DNA of 63,774 nt, the filler included, from Octopus bimaculoides (lineage: Eukaryota): the NCBI RefSeq assembly GCF_001194135.2. It is 6 parts of 6 records of this genome, joined end to end, with 100 filler letters (N's around TTAATTAATTAA, not from the genome) between each part and the next. Parts side by side here need not be neighbours in the genome. Positions count along the whole stretch, not along the records: positions 62,288 to 63,774 come from NW_026378287.1; 5 more parts are not named here. One strand, written 5' to 3'. Made by a program: the position numbers and the translations under genes. Within the stretch, counting starts at the first letter, position 1, and each line of letters opens with the position of its first letter. A model generated the notes under the pieces. It saw nothing but the letters and a program-made list of their open reading frames with translations. It did no database searches and had not been told where the DNA came from. Positions 62,580 through 63,774 of this stretch are shown here, piece after piece.

Positions 62580-62930
62580 GTTATTCAGTTTTGTTTCAAG
62601 ATTTCATAGCAATAAAGAACTGGCTTGTAACCTAGATCCAAGGCTCTTCATTGGAATTTCAACATCAACAGGGTATGTATGTATGTATGTATGTATGTAT
62701 GTATGTATGTATGTATGTATGTGTATGTGTATGTGTAGCTTTGTATGTTTTGTTTCATGTGTGTATTCTCACACATAAAGCTGCATGTCTAGACATGCTC
62801 ATACATGCTTAAATAATAAACTTCTGGAAAGTTTTACAGATCCTCACAGTTCCAGTGATGGCTTGGAGTTGTAGTCTCCTTTCTAGTTTTGAGAAGCCTA
62901 ATTTCTCAAGATTGGTATATTCAGGCAGTA
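62580..62930 (-). mobile_element. 3' end of a restriction-like-endonuclease LINE (R4/Dong, NeSL or Hero type) embedded in (CATA)n
   Basis: Minus frame LPEYTNLEKLGFSKLERRLQLQAITGTVRICKTFQKFII* resembles the L..LG....I..LQ..A..GT..I C-terminus of RLE LINEs; (TATG)n tracts flank it and split the presumed 3'UTR. Confidence 0.55.
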
Positions 62931-63734
62931 TGTGTGTATGCATGCATGCATGTATGCATGTATGTATGTATGTATGTATGTATGTATGTATGTATGTATG
63001 TATGTATGTATGTATGTATGTACTACGTACGTACGTATTTATGTATGTATATATACACATATGCGTATGTTTATATTTATACACACTTACACACGCACAC
63101 ATGTGTGCGTGTGCATACATACATACATATATGTATGCTTGTGTATGTGTGTATTACACACGCGTGCGCGCGTATGCATTGTTGACGCCATAAGAATTTA
63201 GAAAATTCGAGAGAATATGAAGTCATTCTTTTATTCGAATGGTAAAGATTTACATGCTATAATGTATAGCTTTATCTGCTCCTATGCTTCGAACTAAACC
63301 GTTCCAGAAAACAAAAAAGAACTATATATATTGTGTATGTATGTATGTGTGTATGTATGTATGTATGTATGTATGCACACACACTCACACAGACACACAT
63401 ACACACACAAGCATATGCATATGTGTGTGTGTATGTATGCATGTATATATTGACTTGGCTTGATTGTATGGTCGTGTAAATAATCCAGCCATTGTTCTTT
63501 GGGAAACTATTGTTCTGAATCAATTTGTTTTTTCCCTCTCAGCACGGTGAGAACTGTACTTTTAGAAGGAACAGTCATGAGATGTCCGGGTATATTACCT
63601 GTACTCAGAGAAAATTACTTCTCAGTACAGTGTCTCTGAGACAAAATTTATGCTACAAAACCATAATTTGTTTGTCTGTAATTAAATAGAAAAGGCTACA
63701 AGTAATCTGGATATGTTAACTGTGAGAAACTATT

Positions 63735-63735
63735 A

Positions 63736-63774
<39 letters not shown>
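63735..63774. repeat. (TTA)n microsatellite
   Basis: Direct reading. Confidence 0.95.

Overview
No host protein-coding exon, rRNA, genuine tRNA or CRISPR array can be supported in this 63.8-kb window. It is AT-rich, gap-riddled animal intergenic or intronic DNA full of (AT)n, (GT)n, (GATA)n, (TATG)n and (TTA)n microsatellites. It holds dozens of tRNA-headed SINE copies in at least five families, labelled A-E here as working names. The repeat families and composition point to an octopus genome; that is inference from recognition, not a database result. Autonomous-element remnants: an RTE-like LINE 3' end (4.4 kb), an L1/Tx1 ORF2 piece (28.7 kb), a decayed Penelope-like element (PLE) with RT and GIY-YIG (29.7-32.1 kb), a decayed mariner transposase (32.6-33.8 kb), an open RTE RT fragment (34.3 kb) and the 3' end of a restriction-like-endonuclease LINE in (CATA)n (62.6-62.9 kb). 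The most interesting signal is a set of short non-coding elements with minimal hammerhead-ribozyme (HHR) motifs and PLE-style inverted 5' segments. Chief among them is family D, a tRNA-headed (Pol III A/B box) SINE with an HHR, present as two insertions (27285-27553, 29818-30212). Both have target-site duplications confirmed by the host sequence they interrupt. In both, the sense copy stops about 35 nt before the true 3' end and that terminal piece appears inverted at the 5' junction. Almost all long ORFs in the supplied track are artefacts of N gaps and microsatellites.
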